This document shows, piece by piece, positions 21,925 to 34,000 of a DNA stretch of 53,520 bases (positions are counted from its first letter, which is position 1; every line of letters starts with the position of its first letter). The position numbers were made by a program, and so were the translations under genes. Under the pieces are notes generated by a model. That model saw only the letters and a program-made list of their open reading frames with translations. It had not been told where the DNA came from and made no database searches. This DNA comes from Dimorphilus gyrociliatus (taxonomy: Eukaryota > Animalia > Annelida). The stretch spans positions 21,229 through 74,748 of the forward strand of contig CAJFCJ010000077.1 of NCBI GenBank assembly GCA_904063045.1. The letters run 5' to 3'.

Positions 21925-22464
21925 TGATTTGCTTCAGTTCTTTTCTATTCTTTTCTACATTCTTATGTGTTATGTTTTCCTTTTCCTTAACATTCATTAA
22001 GTGTGAATCAGAGTAAATTATTTCCTGAGGGTACAGGAGAAAACGTTCACTATGTGAGTGGCTGGCTAGAATGGGCCGCCATCATCTCCTTTTGGTTGTT
22101 ATTAAGATCTTAAGGAATCCATTCTTCACGGATCTTTCTGTACCAAAATGGTAGGGTTAGTTTTCCAACTTTTTGAAAATTGCCATCTGAGAAATAGTCC
22201 AATTGAGTTTCAATTTTCAAAACAAAAAAATTATTATGCTACTAAGTCAAAAGTTTGAAAATGTGACACATATTTTTCACATATAAGTAATACAAAGAAA
22301 TTATTTTTTTACATATTATTACATAATTAAAAGAAAACTGGTAGAAATATTGTAGCATATATTTTTTCATTAAAAATATTAAATTTTACCATTTCTATTA
22401 ACATGGAATCAAATGATGAGATAACTGAAAATCTTGCAAGTCAACACAATAATTTGATGGAAGT

Positions 22465-22737
22465 GTGATTTATAGCTTTTCAAAATCAGGTTGTAATCAA
22501 GAGAATTATTCATTTAAGATATTCAAGGGAATGAGCCAAAAAGGAAAAGATTTTCTGCTTTTCAACAATTTCTATTATAATATAAAGAAAAAAGAAAAAA
22601 GACAACATTCTGCATATGCAGTGTTGGGAATCAAAGAAACAAATGTTCAGCAACTGTCAGCCAGCAGGGGAACAACTTTTATCCTGGAAAGATATCACAT
22701 TCTTATGAAAGAGTACCAGATCTTTAAAAGAAAATAA
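22465..22737 (+). pseudogene. FLYWCH zinc-finger remnant
   Basis: FKIFKGMSQKGKDFLLFNNFYY, then in a shifted frame CSVGNQRNKCSATVSQQGNNFYPGKISH. Confidence 0.6.
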
Positions 22738-22789
22738 TGATTAGGAATGAACTGAAAAATACTTGCAATAAAGATATTTTTATTTCATC

Positions 22790-23323
22790 TCACCACAAGT
22801 AAAACCACAGAAAACCTCCCTGAAAACCCTAAACTAAACAAAGTTGTAGCTCTGCTCAACAACAAACTGATAAAGAAGAACAACCACCAGTAATTCTTAT
22901 TAAATCAAGATAAAGGTGTGGCCAAGTTACAATTCAATTAAAATTCCTAAATGTTGAACCTTGTAACATCCTGTTGCTGAAGATAAATATGAACTACACA
23001 TTTAGGCAACTGTAAAGTGACAATTGGATATCAGGGGCAAACCTCAAAGCATATACAACCTCACTATTTTCATTCTAGGCGCTCCCATCAGGACCCCAGG
23101 ACCTGGGAAGATAACCTGGAAACAACCTCCACTGGAACCATCCATCTACTCCTCAACATTGGAAGATAGTTTAGTAATTTGGCAACCTGTTATTACGAAC
23201 TATCTACTCTGCTTTTGAACTCTCATATTGTTACTTGCTTAAGTATTATCATTGCGAATAAACCGTTTTAATTTAAACATTTGTTTAAAGGTTTGAGTAA
23301 AACTAGTATTTTTTTAACTTGCA
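22790..23323 (+). repeat. Right arm of a 535-bp inverted duplication (partner 18263-18797)
   Basis: ORF 23024-23218 is nearly identical to ORF 18369-18563 on the opposite strand. Confidence 0.95.
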
Positions 23324-23515
23324 TTTCAATAATTTGTTGTAAATTTTTTTTGGGGCATGAATATGATATTTAGACCCCAAAGAGAAATTATTATTTCTTT
23401 GAATGACACTGGCAGGACATTCCATTTTCTTGCTTCTAACTCCACATCTCCATGTTTGACATGTGGCCCTAATCTTAGGATTATATTTTATATGTGTGAT
23501 ATAACAGTTTTTCAT
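23303..23515 (-). pseudogene. FLYWCH zinc-finger remnant (second half)
   Basis: TWRCGVRSKKMECPASVIQRNNNFSLGSKYHIH. Confidence 0.65.
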
Positions 23516-23597
23516 ATTTTTGTTACATGAGAATTATGAGACTGTCAGATTTCAACTTTGTAATCCTTTGACCACTTGAACCCAAGCTTTGGAAATG

Positions 23598-23892
23598 TAT
23601 AAAAGGAAATGCATTTCCCCAGCTTGTCAGTTCAGTTCTTTAACCATTAACTGGTTGTTTAAACTTACTTGTTTAGAACTAGAAACTCATTTACTCAATA
23701 CATATTCTTTGGACGAAATACTGGTATTTTGTTGAATTATTTCTACCAAAATTACATTTGTTAAGACTATTTGTGGACGAACTTGAAAGGTTCTAATTGG
23801 ACCAGTACTTTCGTAAATTGATAAATGATTGGAAAGGAAAATATTGTTCTGAAGAAGCAGAAATTCCTACAATTACAATACAACAAAGTACA
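23598..23892 (+). repeat. Dispersed repeat family copy interrupting a FLYWCH domain
   Basis: Shares tataaaaggaaatgcatttccc..cttgtttagaactagaa with 15222-15340 and is the reverse complement of the 21161 and 34964 copies. It joins immediately after the WRC motif of the ORF at 23767-24204. Confidence 0.85.
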
Positions 23893-24502
23893 TCTCCAAA
23901 TTATGGAAGTCTTGTCTTTTCTTTTGACAACAAATGAGTGACCATTAGATAGAAGAAATTCTTTGCCCTTTTGACTTCCTGTAGGGAATATTCTGAAATT
24001 ACCATTGCTGTCATAGTTTATCTCTGGTATACTTTCAAAGGAATCCTCCATATTGATATCATTCTCATTCAAATGTAATGTATTTCCATGCAGAGGGCTG
24101 CTTTCACTAAGATTATCAACAAGCCTGTACTCTGCATCACAATTCAGTGTTTCAATAAGTGTAACCACTTCTTCATGATCAACATCCATTATTATATTTT
24201 GCAAATCTATCTCTTCTCTTGTACGATTTAGATCTATATTTTCAGCATTTGAGACTTTATTGGTAGCTTTATCTTGTAAAATTTCATCACTATTTGCTCA
24301 GAATAATTCTGATTCTCTTTTTATCAACACTTGAACATATAGAACATAATCCATCTACAAAAGAAAGAGCTTAGTTTCCATTAAAATCAATTTGGAGCTT
24401 ACCCAATAAACAAGCCCAATGGACTTTATGATGACAAAGTGAACAAACACCTTGCTTTAGCTTGTTAATCTTTTTCTTACATCCAAAACAATATGGTAGC
24501 AT
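23893..24502 (-). pseudogene. PHD finger, acidic linker and FLYWCH gene remnant (Mutator/Phantom-like transposase N-terminus or related host gene)
   Basis: Exon 1 at 24502-24403 (MLPYCFGCKKKINKLKQGVCSLCHHKVHWACLL), 48-bp intron (gtaagc..tag), then DGLCSIC completes C4HC3. After a frameshift: FRIFPTGSQKGKEFLLSNGHSFVVKRKDKTSIIWRC. Confidence 0.65.
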
Positions 24503-25020
24503 TGTGGCAAAAATCTCCTTTGAGCTGCTTTAACCTATTGGCAGGAATTTAAAAATAGTGCAAAATATTCAACCTCTTAGGAAAAACTGGTGGACAATTT
24601 AATAATTTTTCATCCAATATTTACTAACTACTAGAAAAAAATTTTAAATTAACTTATTCTATTCAATTTATTAGTATTGTAAATATTTCAAAATTTTGTG
24701 GCCGTTTTCTGTTGATCCCTAAATCCAGTATGTAGGTCTTACTACTGGAAGTCTCAGGGATAGGTTTCACAATCATAAGGTGAGAAACAAAGCCAAAAAA
24801 TTGGTATCTGATCACTTTAGACAACAGGGATTGGATAAGTTGACATATTGACAAAAGATAAGAAAGCTGTTTGGTATATATTTTACATTTAGATGTGACA
24901 ATTGAAAGAAATAGTTTAGATTATAAAGGTATTGCAGGTATATAAAATGTTAATGAATTTTGACAATTTTGACACTAATCCTAATCCAAATCAAGCCTTA
25001 AGCTTTTAAATGATACCAGT

Positions 25021-28000
25021 CTAATTGTCCTGTATCCGAAAAAAAAAGTCTTCTTTACAAATGGAACAAACTGTACTCCCACTCATAACCAAATCCTTGA
25101 AGCAATTGATATGATAATAATGAGAACAAATGGTTTGAAGACTAAAACTTTCTAATAATTCACATTGGCAAATGCAGCAAACTCTATCTACAATTTTTGT
25201 AGAATAGAGAATATTTTGAATAAGAACAGCGCACGGGTTATCTTCTCTTTTCGTTTTTAGAAGATAGTATGTTATATTCTCTGCTGCTTCTTTCAATTGT
25301 AAAATAGCTTTTTGCCTTGAGCTTACTCTTTTAGATTCAATTGCAAACCAGAAATTTTCTGTTAGACTTTGCACTAAATTAATCATTTGACGTTTTGGAA
25401 GAATATACATTTCCTGTTCAATAAATAAATTATATAGATGATATAATTGATTATGATCTCGATTTTCGAATAAAACACGATAAGGTATTTCGCAACATTC
25501 GCAATCTTCACAATTTTCTTCTAAGCTTTTCTTTATACATTCAATACAATAATAATGTTCAGCTTGTAATCGAATTGAAAAGAAAGGAGGAATTTCATTA
25601 GAACAAATTCTACATAGATTTTCCTTTCTTGAAATCACAACTCTATTTTTAATGGAAAATGTAACTGCTCCGCTTGTTAATGTATATAATTTTTCAATAC
25701 TTGTCTGTAATTCCTTTTTGACAGTTTTTTTTTGACAAAGACGCTTATCTTGACAATTATCCCTTAATATTGAATTTAAGATTTCATCGTTAAAAGTATT
25801 GGAAATTTTCTCCATCGTATTTTCATCGAAAACTGGTATTTTACATTTGCAGAATATTTCATATAGATTATTCAATTTAGTATTATCTCCTTGTTCGAAT
25901 AGGATAACGTATGGTATTTTGCAACATTTACATAAATCCTCTTTAACAGATTTTTTAATACATCTATAACAAAAGTAATGTTGAAATTTTAAGCTGATCA
26001 AATGAATTTGACGAATATTTTTAAAACAAATTTTACATTTTTCATCAACTATTGGTTCTTTTACTATTCTATTTCGAAGAGAGAATGTATACTTTTCATT
26101 GGCAATTTCGAACAATTGTTCAATACATTCGGCTATTTCAGTTGTAATATTTTGAATAGAATCCAAATTTTGATGAAGTATTTCATCGCTAATATTTTTT
26201 GAAATTAGTAACATTTCCTCTTTGGAGAAACAATTGATTTCATTTACAACAAAGAATCCGTAAAGATGTGTTAATTTATCGTTATTTTGCTTTTTCCATT
26301 CCAATAATATCTTATATGGTATATTGAAGCACATACCATTGTTGTCAATATTGTTCATATTTCGCTGTAGACATTTAATACAAAAATACAGCTTGAAAAA
26401 GAATTGAACACCATTATAGGGTTGAATAACTCCAAGGCAAATATTGCATGCGACTCCTTCTTCTATTACTAATGATTTCTCAATACTGTAAGTTGCTGAT
26501 AAATATCGAAATTGTATATTTTTTTCAATGTGTTCCTTAATTTCGAGTTTAAGTATTTCAACAGAAGAACAACCTTGGTTATCGTAGAGAGACTTTATAA
26601 ATGATTCATTAAATTTATCTATATGACAAATAATACCATTTTTAGTTGGTTCTTTAATTTCGTACTCTGTCAGAATTTTACTAAGATATTTTAATTGAAG
26701 ATTAGAAGTACCTCCGTCAAATGTGGCAAAACACCAATAATATTTGAGAACATCTATGTTATTCTGTAAAATTATCTTTACATTTTTAGAATTCGAATAT
26801 TTCCGTCTCAAGATGTTAATTAGATAAATACAACACCTGACCATTACATATATTAAGAGTAGTATGATTGCCAATGTCTGGTGATAAAGTAATAGGTAAA
26901 TATAAGTTAGAATTAATATTATTGGTATGGCAAAATCTAATAATCTAGGAGATTTGAAGATTTCCTTTGGAATGGTTGCCATAAAGTATAAATTATGTAT
27001 GATTATTAGAAATTCATGAACGCTCATCCATTCGTATTCAAGTAATTTTAGACGAATTAACGGTTGATCCTCGAACAATTTTCTATTTGAAGGGTAAATT
27101 AGCATGAGAAAAAGCACTGTTAACGATACGACTGAAGAAGATAACTGAACTGGACTTTTTTTTTCAAATATCTGCATTGCTGTTGAGAGTACTTGGCAAA
27201 ATCCAATGAATAGAATCACCTTAACATAAATATAATCATTTCCATCTCCATTCCGAATGACATATTCGTATCCTTCGCTAATCGGCAAAGAGACGTTGTC
27301 ACTCCAACATTTCAAATCTCTTATCTGAATGATTCCATAATCAGTAGTGTCGATACTCAAACTATTGATTGTAATTAAACTACTCTGAATAGGTTCTGAA
27401 GTTGCTATTAAATACTTTTTGGAAGATTTTCCATTGAATTTTTTAAATTTTTGAAAATGACGTTTCGACGTTATAATTGTAACTTGTAAATAGAATACAA
27501 CTCTATTCAACCAATGTCGAATTGATAAAAAAGGTTGATTTGCATAAGAACTAACTAGAACCGGATTATCCAGATCATTGACATAGATAAGATGTAGTTG
27601 CTCTTTAAATCTCTTAGATTTTTGAATTTTTAAACATATTTTAAAATTTTCATCATTTTTTTTTCTCTAGATTTTTACTTTTGCAATGAATTTCTTCAAA
27701 ATGAAAATAAGATTTTTGCTTAAATGTTTTCAACCAAGAAATATATTCCTTTAATTTCTGTTCAATAAATTTTCTCTCTAAACTTTTCGTACTTTTAATA
27801 AAAATTAATTTACACTTTCTTATTATTGATTTTCTTTGATGTTTTGGTATGAAAGATTCTTCATATGTTGAAAAGTCTTCATTTGTTAGGTCGTGGTTTA
27901 TTTTAGCTAAAGACGTCTTAAAATGATCCAATTCGTGAATATTCCTATAAATTCTCTCTTTGTCATCCGAATTCTTTAGAAAAACATTAAAGTGATTCAA

Positions 28001-28054
28001 GTTTAGAAATATTGCAACATTTGATAAAAATATAAATGTATATGATGCGACCAT
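25021..28054 (-). CDS. Intronless multi-pass membrane protein with four tandem RING-like zinc fingers; two ORFs (28054-27653 and 27510-25021) are joinable by one frameshift in an A9 run
   Basis: Hydrophobic segments (IYVKVILFIGFCQV; LLDFAIPIILILTYIYLLL; TLAIILLLIYVMV). Three CxxC..HYF/YCxxC..CxCC-type repeats and a terminal RING-H2 CCICQC..CSHYYHINC..CSIC. The frame of the long ORF is open upstream of 27510 as far as the T9 run at 27656-27664. Confidence 0.82.
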
Positions 28055-28228
28055 TATGAAAAAAAAACACTTTCTAACAGTCAGCCCTTAGAAAATGGTT
28101 TTAAATTTAGTTTATAACCATTGATATAGGGGGCGCATGATTGTTATTTAAATTATTTGCTTATGTCAGAATGGTTAGTCATCAGGGATCGTGGTACAAA
28201 CTCAGAAATAAGGTAATCGGTCACAAGG

Positions 28229-28381
28229 GGATCAACAGAAAACGGCCCCAAGAAGGATATTTTAAGGCAGCATTTTGGGTTAAGAAATGGTTAGGAGAAA
28301 TGAAAAAGGGTTACGGATACATTAGGGATGGTTTAGGGTTAGGGTAAAACCATGCTTTTGGGGCCGTTTTCTGTCGCATCC
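28229..28381 (+). mobile_element. MITE-like element (copy 2) with a 9-11 bp target-site duplication
   Basis: Perfect 17-bp inverted arms at 28235-28251 and 28358-28374. Internal gtttagggttaggg. The flanking direct repeat (c)ggtcacaagg occurs at 28218-28228 and 28381-28391. Confidence 0.85.
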
Positions 28382-28573
28382 GGTCACAAGGTACAAAGTA
28401 TTACAGAATAAATCCAGTTCTGTAGACATATGATGAAATATTTGCCAACAGGTCAAAAGGTCACACAAGTTCGTCAGGTAAAACGATTGAAGAGGTATTG
28501 CGCAAATGCTAAATTATTCAAGATTTTCGGTCATGACCTTTGAAAAGTGTCTGTATTTAATTAGGGTTTTTTT

Positions 28574-28986
28574 TTATGCAAGTTGCAGTGAAGATGGCGG
28601 AGCCAATTCTTCAATCATGACAGAATAGTAAAATTTTGATATTTCTTTGTGATAATCTGGACAAAAGAAGAGAAATCTATGAAATTGATTATCACCAATG
28701 TAAGATGATTTAAGAGAAAGTGAGAGAAGACAATCTACTGCTCTCAACGACAATTGGTTTTGTTGACATTTTCCATGCAAGTGCATAGCAATCATAACAA
28801 TAAGCGCAAACACAACATTGGCTGACAGATCCGTATCTAAAACAGTAACTTTAATTCCAGTTTCGACAAATTCACTTTTATACTGAAAGCAGTTTTCCAA
28901 AGATTTTCGTTGTAAATTGACTGATTGCTGTAGACCGGAAGTCCAGTTTATCCTAACTTTTTCAATGAATTTTACATTGAATTGCC
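28574..28986 (-). CDS. Exon-like ORF of uncertain identity (weak Tubby-C/LURP-one-like C-terminal pattern)
   Basis: Acceptor ttcatag at about 28987 and an open frame containing VTVLDTDLSANVVFALIVMIAM. The upstream segment has stops. Confidence 0.25.
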
Positions 28987-30098
28987 TATGAAATAAGAAA
29001 AAAAGATGACTAGTTGTTTGAATAGAATAAACAAATGACTTGCCTGTTCATAATGCAAAACACACTTGGTTTTCCATATATTTCAAAAGAAATATCTATA
29101 TATTGGCCATTGCAGTTGGTACCACTGCACTGGGCGAATCATTCTTCCAGATTAGAGAGCAAACCACTTGTATGATCTAAAGCTATTTCGCAACTATAAT
29201 TCGCAGTATATTGAGATGTTGCTGTACAGATTGCTCCGTTTTTCACCGAAGCTATATCTGTGTAAAATTTACCACTGTCTAAAACCATAAAGCTCCTGGA
29301 ATATAACCTTTGCTATAGATTATTGGTGTTCTTTAATTCAATGATTAAGGGAATGGGAGAGGAATCCATTTAAAATAAATAGCAAGTTGTAATTTTCAAA
29401 GAATTATAAACAAATCAAATTTTTTGGATAGTTGTATCAAAAGTCGATTAATGTTTGAACTGTACTGAGCTATTGGATAATGGCGCTCTATTTGAGCATC
29501 AATCCATTCATTCTCCTCTCTTCCAAGCAACCAAAAAATAACTCTTACCCTACTCGTTCAAAGGGAGTTGATTGGATGAGAATTTACCATCATGAATTGC
29601 CACATATCAATTAGGCACGAAAAGAATAGTGAAACATCTCATCTGTTGTGAATCTGATTCCAAAATGTTATGAATTTTTCTTATTAGACAATGTTTGTTA
29701 AAAAAAGATGACTTTGAATAGTTTGTCAGAGTTGACAAGTGTACAAATTGGATGAAATTCGACATAGTTTTGAATAAATTAAAAACAAAGAGTTTTGCAT
29801 TAATCCTATTTTTAAAATTAGTCGTCTTTATTCATTTATGGATTAGTAGACATATTCTAATGACAAAGGCTTATAAATTTCTATCAAATAAAATTTTTGT
29901 CATCAACATTTTACCAATTTATTGAAAAACTATAGTTAGACATAACAGCTAATTTCTCTCGTCTGTATGAAAAGTCAATCAATTAATTAAATACCTTTGC
30001 TGAGACCCCATTCTGGTAGCAAAGACACTTGGAACTTTTAAACAGCTTGTGAATTGAACCTTTGGGATACAGAGGAGAGAAGAATTTGAAGAGTTTAC

Positions 30099-30350
30099 AT
30101 TAAAATCAATTCTGAGCTTACCTGATACACAAGCCCAATGGACTTTATAATGACAAAATGAGAAATGCCTTGCTTCAGCTTATTAATCTTTTTCTTATAT
30201 CCAAAACAATATGGTAGCATTGTGGCAAAAATCTCTTTTGAGCTTCTTTATCGTATTGGCAAGAATTAAAAAATAGTCCAAAATATTCAACCTTTTAGGA
30301 AAAACTGATGGAAAATTTACTATTGTTTCATGCAATATTTACTCACTACT
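30099..30350 (-). repeat. Second copy of the 5' region and exon 1 of the PHD-FLYWCH gene (24381-24632)
   Basis: Roughly 85% identity by eye, including atccaaaacaatatggtagcattgtggcaaaaatctc and the gtaagc donor; frameshifted. Confidence 0.88.
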
Positions 30351-30868
30351 ACAGTACTGGCAGTAAGTCACTGTTACACCTAAAAAAAATAATATTTTCT
30401 TGATTTTTTCTCTTTCCATACTTAAAGAATGAAAATGAAGGATATTATTATATTTAATAATATTCTTCTTATCATTATAGAGAGAAAATATACAGTACAA
30501 AGCTGAAGCCCAAGTAATAGTAGTAGTAATATGGATGATGAAAACTTGTTGACTACTTAGTAACTATTACTGTGATTGTTGTATTTATCAGTTTTAGTTT
30601 TGGAATTTCAAATAGTAGATTTAGAACATTTCTAATGTTTCTAAAACAGTGGTTTTAAGGCTACTTTGAGAATTCAAAAAAAATGAGGAAGTGATTCAAC
30701 AATCTCACTTCTTATATTACACTTATTCACTTCTTGGGCAAGACTACCACTCAGAAAATGTTCCTAAGTGAGACATTTGAAAGCAACATTTCGGATTGCA
30801 AAATGGTTAGGAGAAGTAAAGTAGCTATTGATTTGTGGTTAGTGGGCTTCCATCTAAGGATGCTGTAA

Positions 30869-31081
30869 TGAGTAAAATGAGCTTCTAGCTCTAAACAAAT
30901 AAGTTTAAAGAACAGGAATTGAATAAATCTAATGTGAATTTTGTGGGATTTGTATAGTCTTTTAAAGGGTTGATAGTTGACAAATCAAAATTTTCACAAG
31001 AATAAAAGTAACATTTTTTAAGACAAAGAAAAGTTGTAAATATGTTGATGTAATTATTGTTTTCCTCTCTTAAAAAATAGT
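30869..31081 (-). repeat. Dispersed repeat family copy
   Basis: Aligns with 35160-35384 (tgagtaaaatgagcttctag..agggttgatagttgacaaat..aaagttgtaaatatg). Confidence 0.85.
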
Positions 31082-31094
31082 AGTGTGTACCTTC

Positions 31095-34000
31095 TTAGCA
31101 TTCATTATTATATATCAAAGTTGCTCTCTGTCCAAAAACAGAATTCTTATCATCAGAAAGCTGAGCTATCTCTGTTGAATACGCTATCAGACATAGTTTA
31201 CTGTTGAAATTATATGAAAAGAAAACACAGTAATTGAGTTTACAGAAATTCAAACAATATGTTAAAGTTCCATTTGTTGCTGTTGAATATTCTGTTAGCT
31301 TTTTTTCTTGTATTATCTTCATTCCAAATGTTTTTTCTTTATTTTGCAAATTCAATGTATTTGAAATTTAAGATTATGGATATTGAATTGTAGAATAATT
31401 ACCTGATGTCCTTCCCAATATCCTAATATTACTAAAGCCTAATTCATGATAATTAGTTTTTGTATTTTTGACAATTATCAATTCATTTCCCTCTAAAGCA
31501 CAAAGACAGTGAATTTGAATAATAGTTCCAACAAACGCATCTGTTATATTTCCACATAGGGTGGTTAAGACTCTATTTTTATATCCAACAAACAATGACA
31601 GTTGATTGAGTGAATCTGTCTTAAAGATACAAATGATTCTTACATTGCATTGATATTTTTAGAATAATTTTCCCTACTTGATTTTTATCAGTGACTGTTT
31701 CAAGTTGAATTTGATGTATATAATAAGCTTTTCTTAGCTTTATTCTAATTAATACATTTCCAAATAATGTTATTTTTGAACATGATGAATATTTTTCAAC
31801 AGTTTCAATATTATAAAAATCTTGACCAAGTAATGTTGAAGATGAACTTTCATCATTCCAAGTTAAATTTGAAATTGATGCTATTCTAGAAATTGCAATA
31901 TCAGCAGAAATGGTATGTATATCAATGGATTTTCCAAATATGTATAATTCCAAGATTGTTAATTGATTTGTTGTTTCTATATTTAGTAAATTACCAAACT
32001 CCATATTATGTTTACAATCCCAACTTAAATCGCCATTTTGTTGATTTCTAGAATCTTTTTTGCATTTAATGCCAAATTTTGAGATGGTATCTGCATCATG
32101 TGTCCTAATAATGTTGAATTCAATATGTTCGTATATACTCTCTATAATAATATATTTAAAAATTGTTATTTGAATTAATTTTTGAAGAATCTCTCTACCT
32201 GGTTGAAAACTGGTAGTTTTTATTAGAATGTATTCTAGTCTATAGAATTGGAGGAGATCAATATTCATTGAACTAATTGAAAATGGTTTTGTTTTTGTAA
32301 AGTATCTAAACGCATCACTAGCAAACATTGCTGAATACTGATGTGTGGGAGTGGGTGGATTGGTAGATGTTAAATAATTCCAACAAGCTTTATCATGAGC
32401 GATATTTGCATATTCTATTGATTATAATTAACACATATTTAGATAAAGGGGATAAATCATTAAATAAATAATGAATAATTTACCTGGTTGGCCAATAGAC
32501 AAACCTCTCACATCAATTCTTTTCAATTTAAAATTCTGTATATTTTCCTCTTTAATTTTGAGTTCAATAAATTCACCAATGAGAAATTGATCACAAATTA
32601 CAACAATATTGGAGATTGTCTCAGTAGGATTCCTTCTCGAACACATTTCTCCTTCGTAATAAGATATTGACATTTTCTTGACATAAATTTCATATGTGTT
32701 TGTTGTATATATTTGAAAAAGTGATATAGAATACACTAGATATTGACCTTTTAGATGAATAGATAGAAAATGGTAAACTTTTGTCAGAGAAATAACTCCA
32801 TGTTGAACATTTTGTTTGCTAGAGAATAAATCTTTCCTTAAAGTTGATGGAAATTCTACCAAATTCATTGCCAAATTGTCTTTAGAATAAAAGAAATAAG
32901 TGATAAAATACAATGATAAACTAGAGTTATACTTGTATAAATTTCAATTTCACATATGGTTATTTCCAAAGTATTTTTGAAAACAAAAACTAAATATCTT
33001 CCCAAAATGTTATTTGTATAAGCTGTAAATATTTTTGGAAATTCTGTTCCAAGTGCAATTGCCTTCGAATATTGGACATTTTTCCCAGAGGAATTTTTAA
33101 CTATCATTAACATATCTATAAAGAAAATTCTTATTATAAAATTAATTTTTATGGAGAAAGATTGGAAGGTTAATATGCTATTTAAATCACCTAAATCATT
33201 TTTTGTATAAATTACTAGTACTTTGAAAATTTGTTGTTCTACTAAATCAAAAATTGCGTAGATATCTTTTTGGCTATCAGGATCCTTGAACAACATTGGA
33301 CATTGGTCTTTTAAACCATCAACCAAATAGGCTTTGTCTTTTGAAATTTTTGGTTCCTGTTGCATTATACTATTCTTAATGGCATTGTACTTTCCAACTG
33401 ATTCTTGGCCTAAACAGAATCTTTCAGCAAGTTTGTCATCCACTGATTTTAATTTTGTAGTCAAATTTCCAAAATGTTTTATTTCCATTATCATTTTACT
33501 GATACCTTTTTCACTTTTATACTTCTCACTCCATATTGGATATTTGACTTTGAACCAAAACATTCCTTTTGCACAATTTGAATATTTTCTAAAAGCAGTT
33601 ACGGCGCACAATTCAAAGATAGGCGAATAAATATCCAATTCTTCACAGATTTCATTAAGAAATATATCTATTTGAAATTAATATAGATTTTTGTTATTTT
33701 CTAAAATTCAAATGTTTTTTTTTTACCAGTTTTCATAAGTGAATGTATTGTTTCTCCCACAATAGATTTCTTTTGCTGACATTTCATTTTAAGAATGCAA
33801 CTCTTGAATTTAGTTTCATTGACTGTAAAAGCAATGCAATCATTTTTCTTTTTACATTCATTGAAACAATGTTGTATCAAATTTGTGTTTGAAGATAAAA
33901 TCTTCATTGAATAATCAGAATTATCATTTTCACAATAGAAATTTAAAACAACCAGATCTGAATTATTTTATATAAAAAATTAAGCCTATATCTTTTTAAA

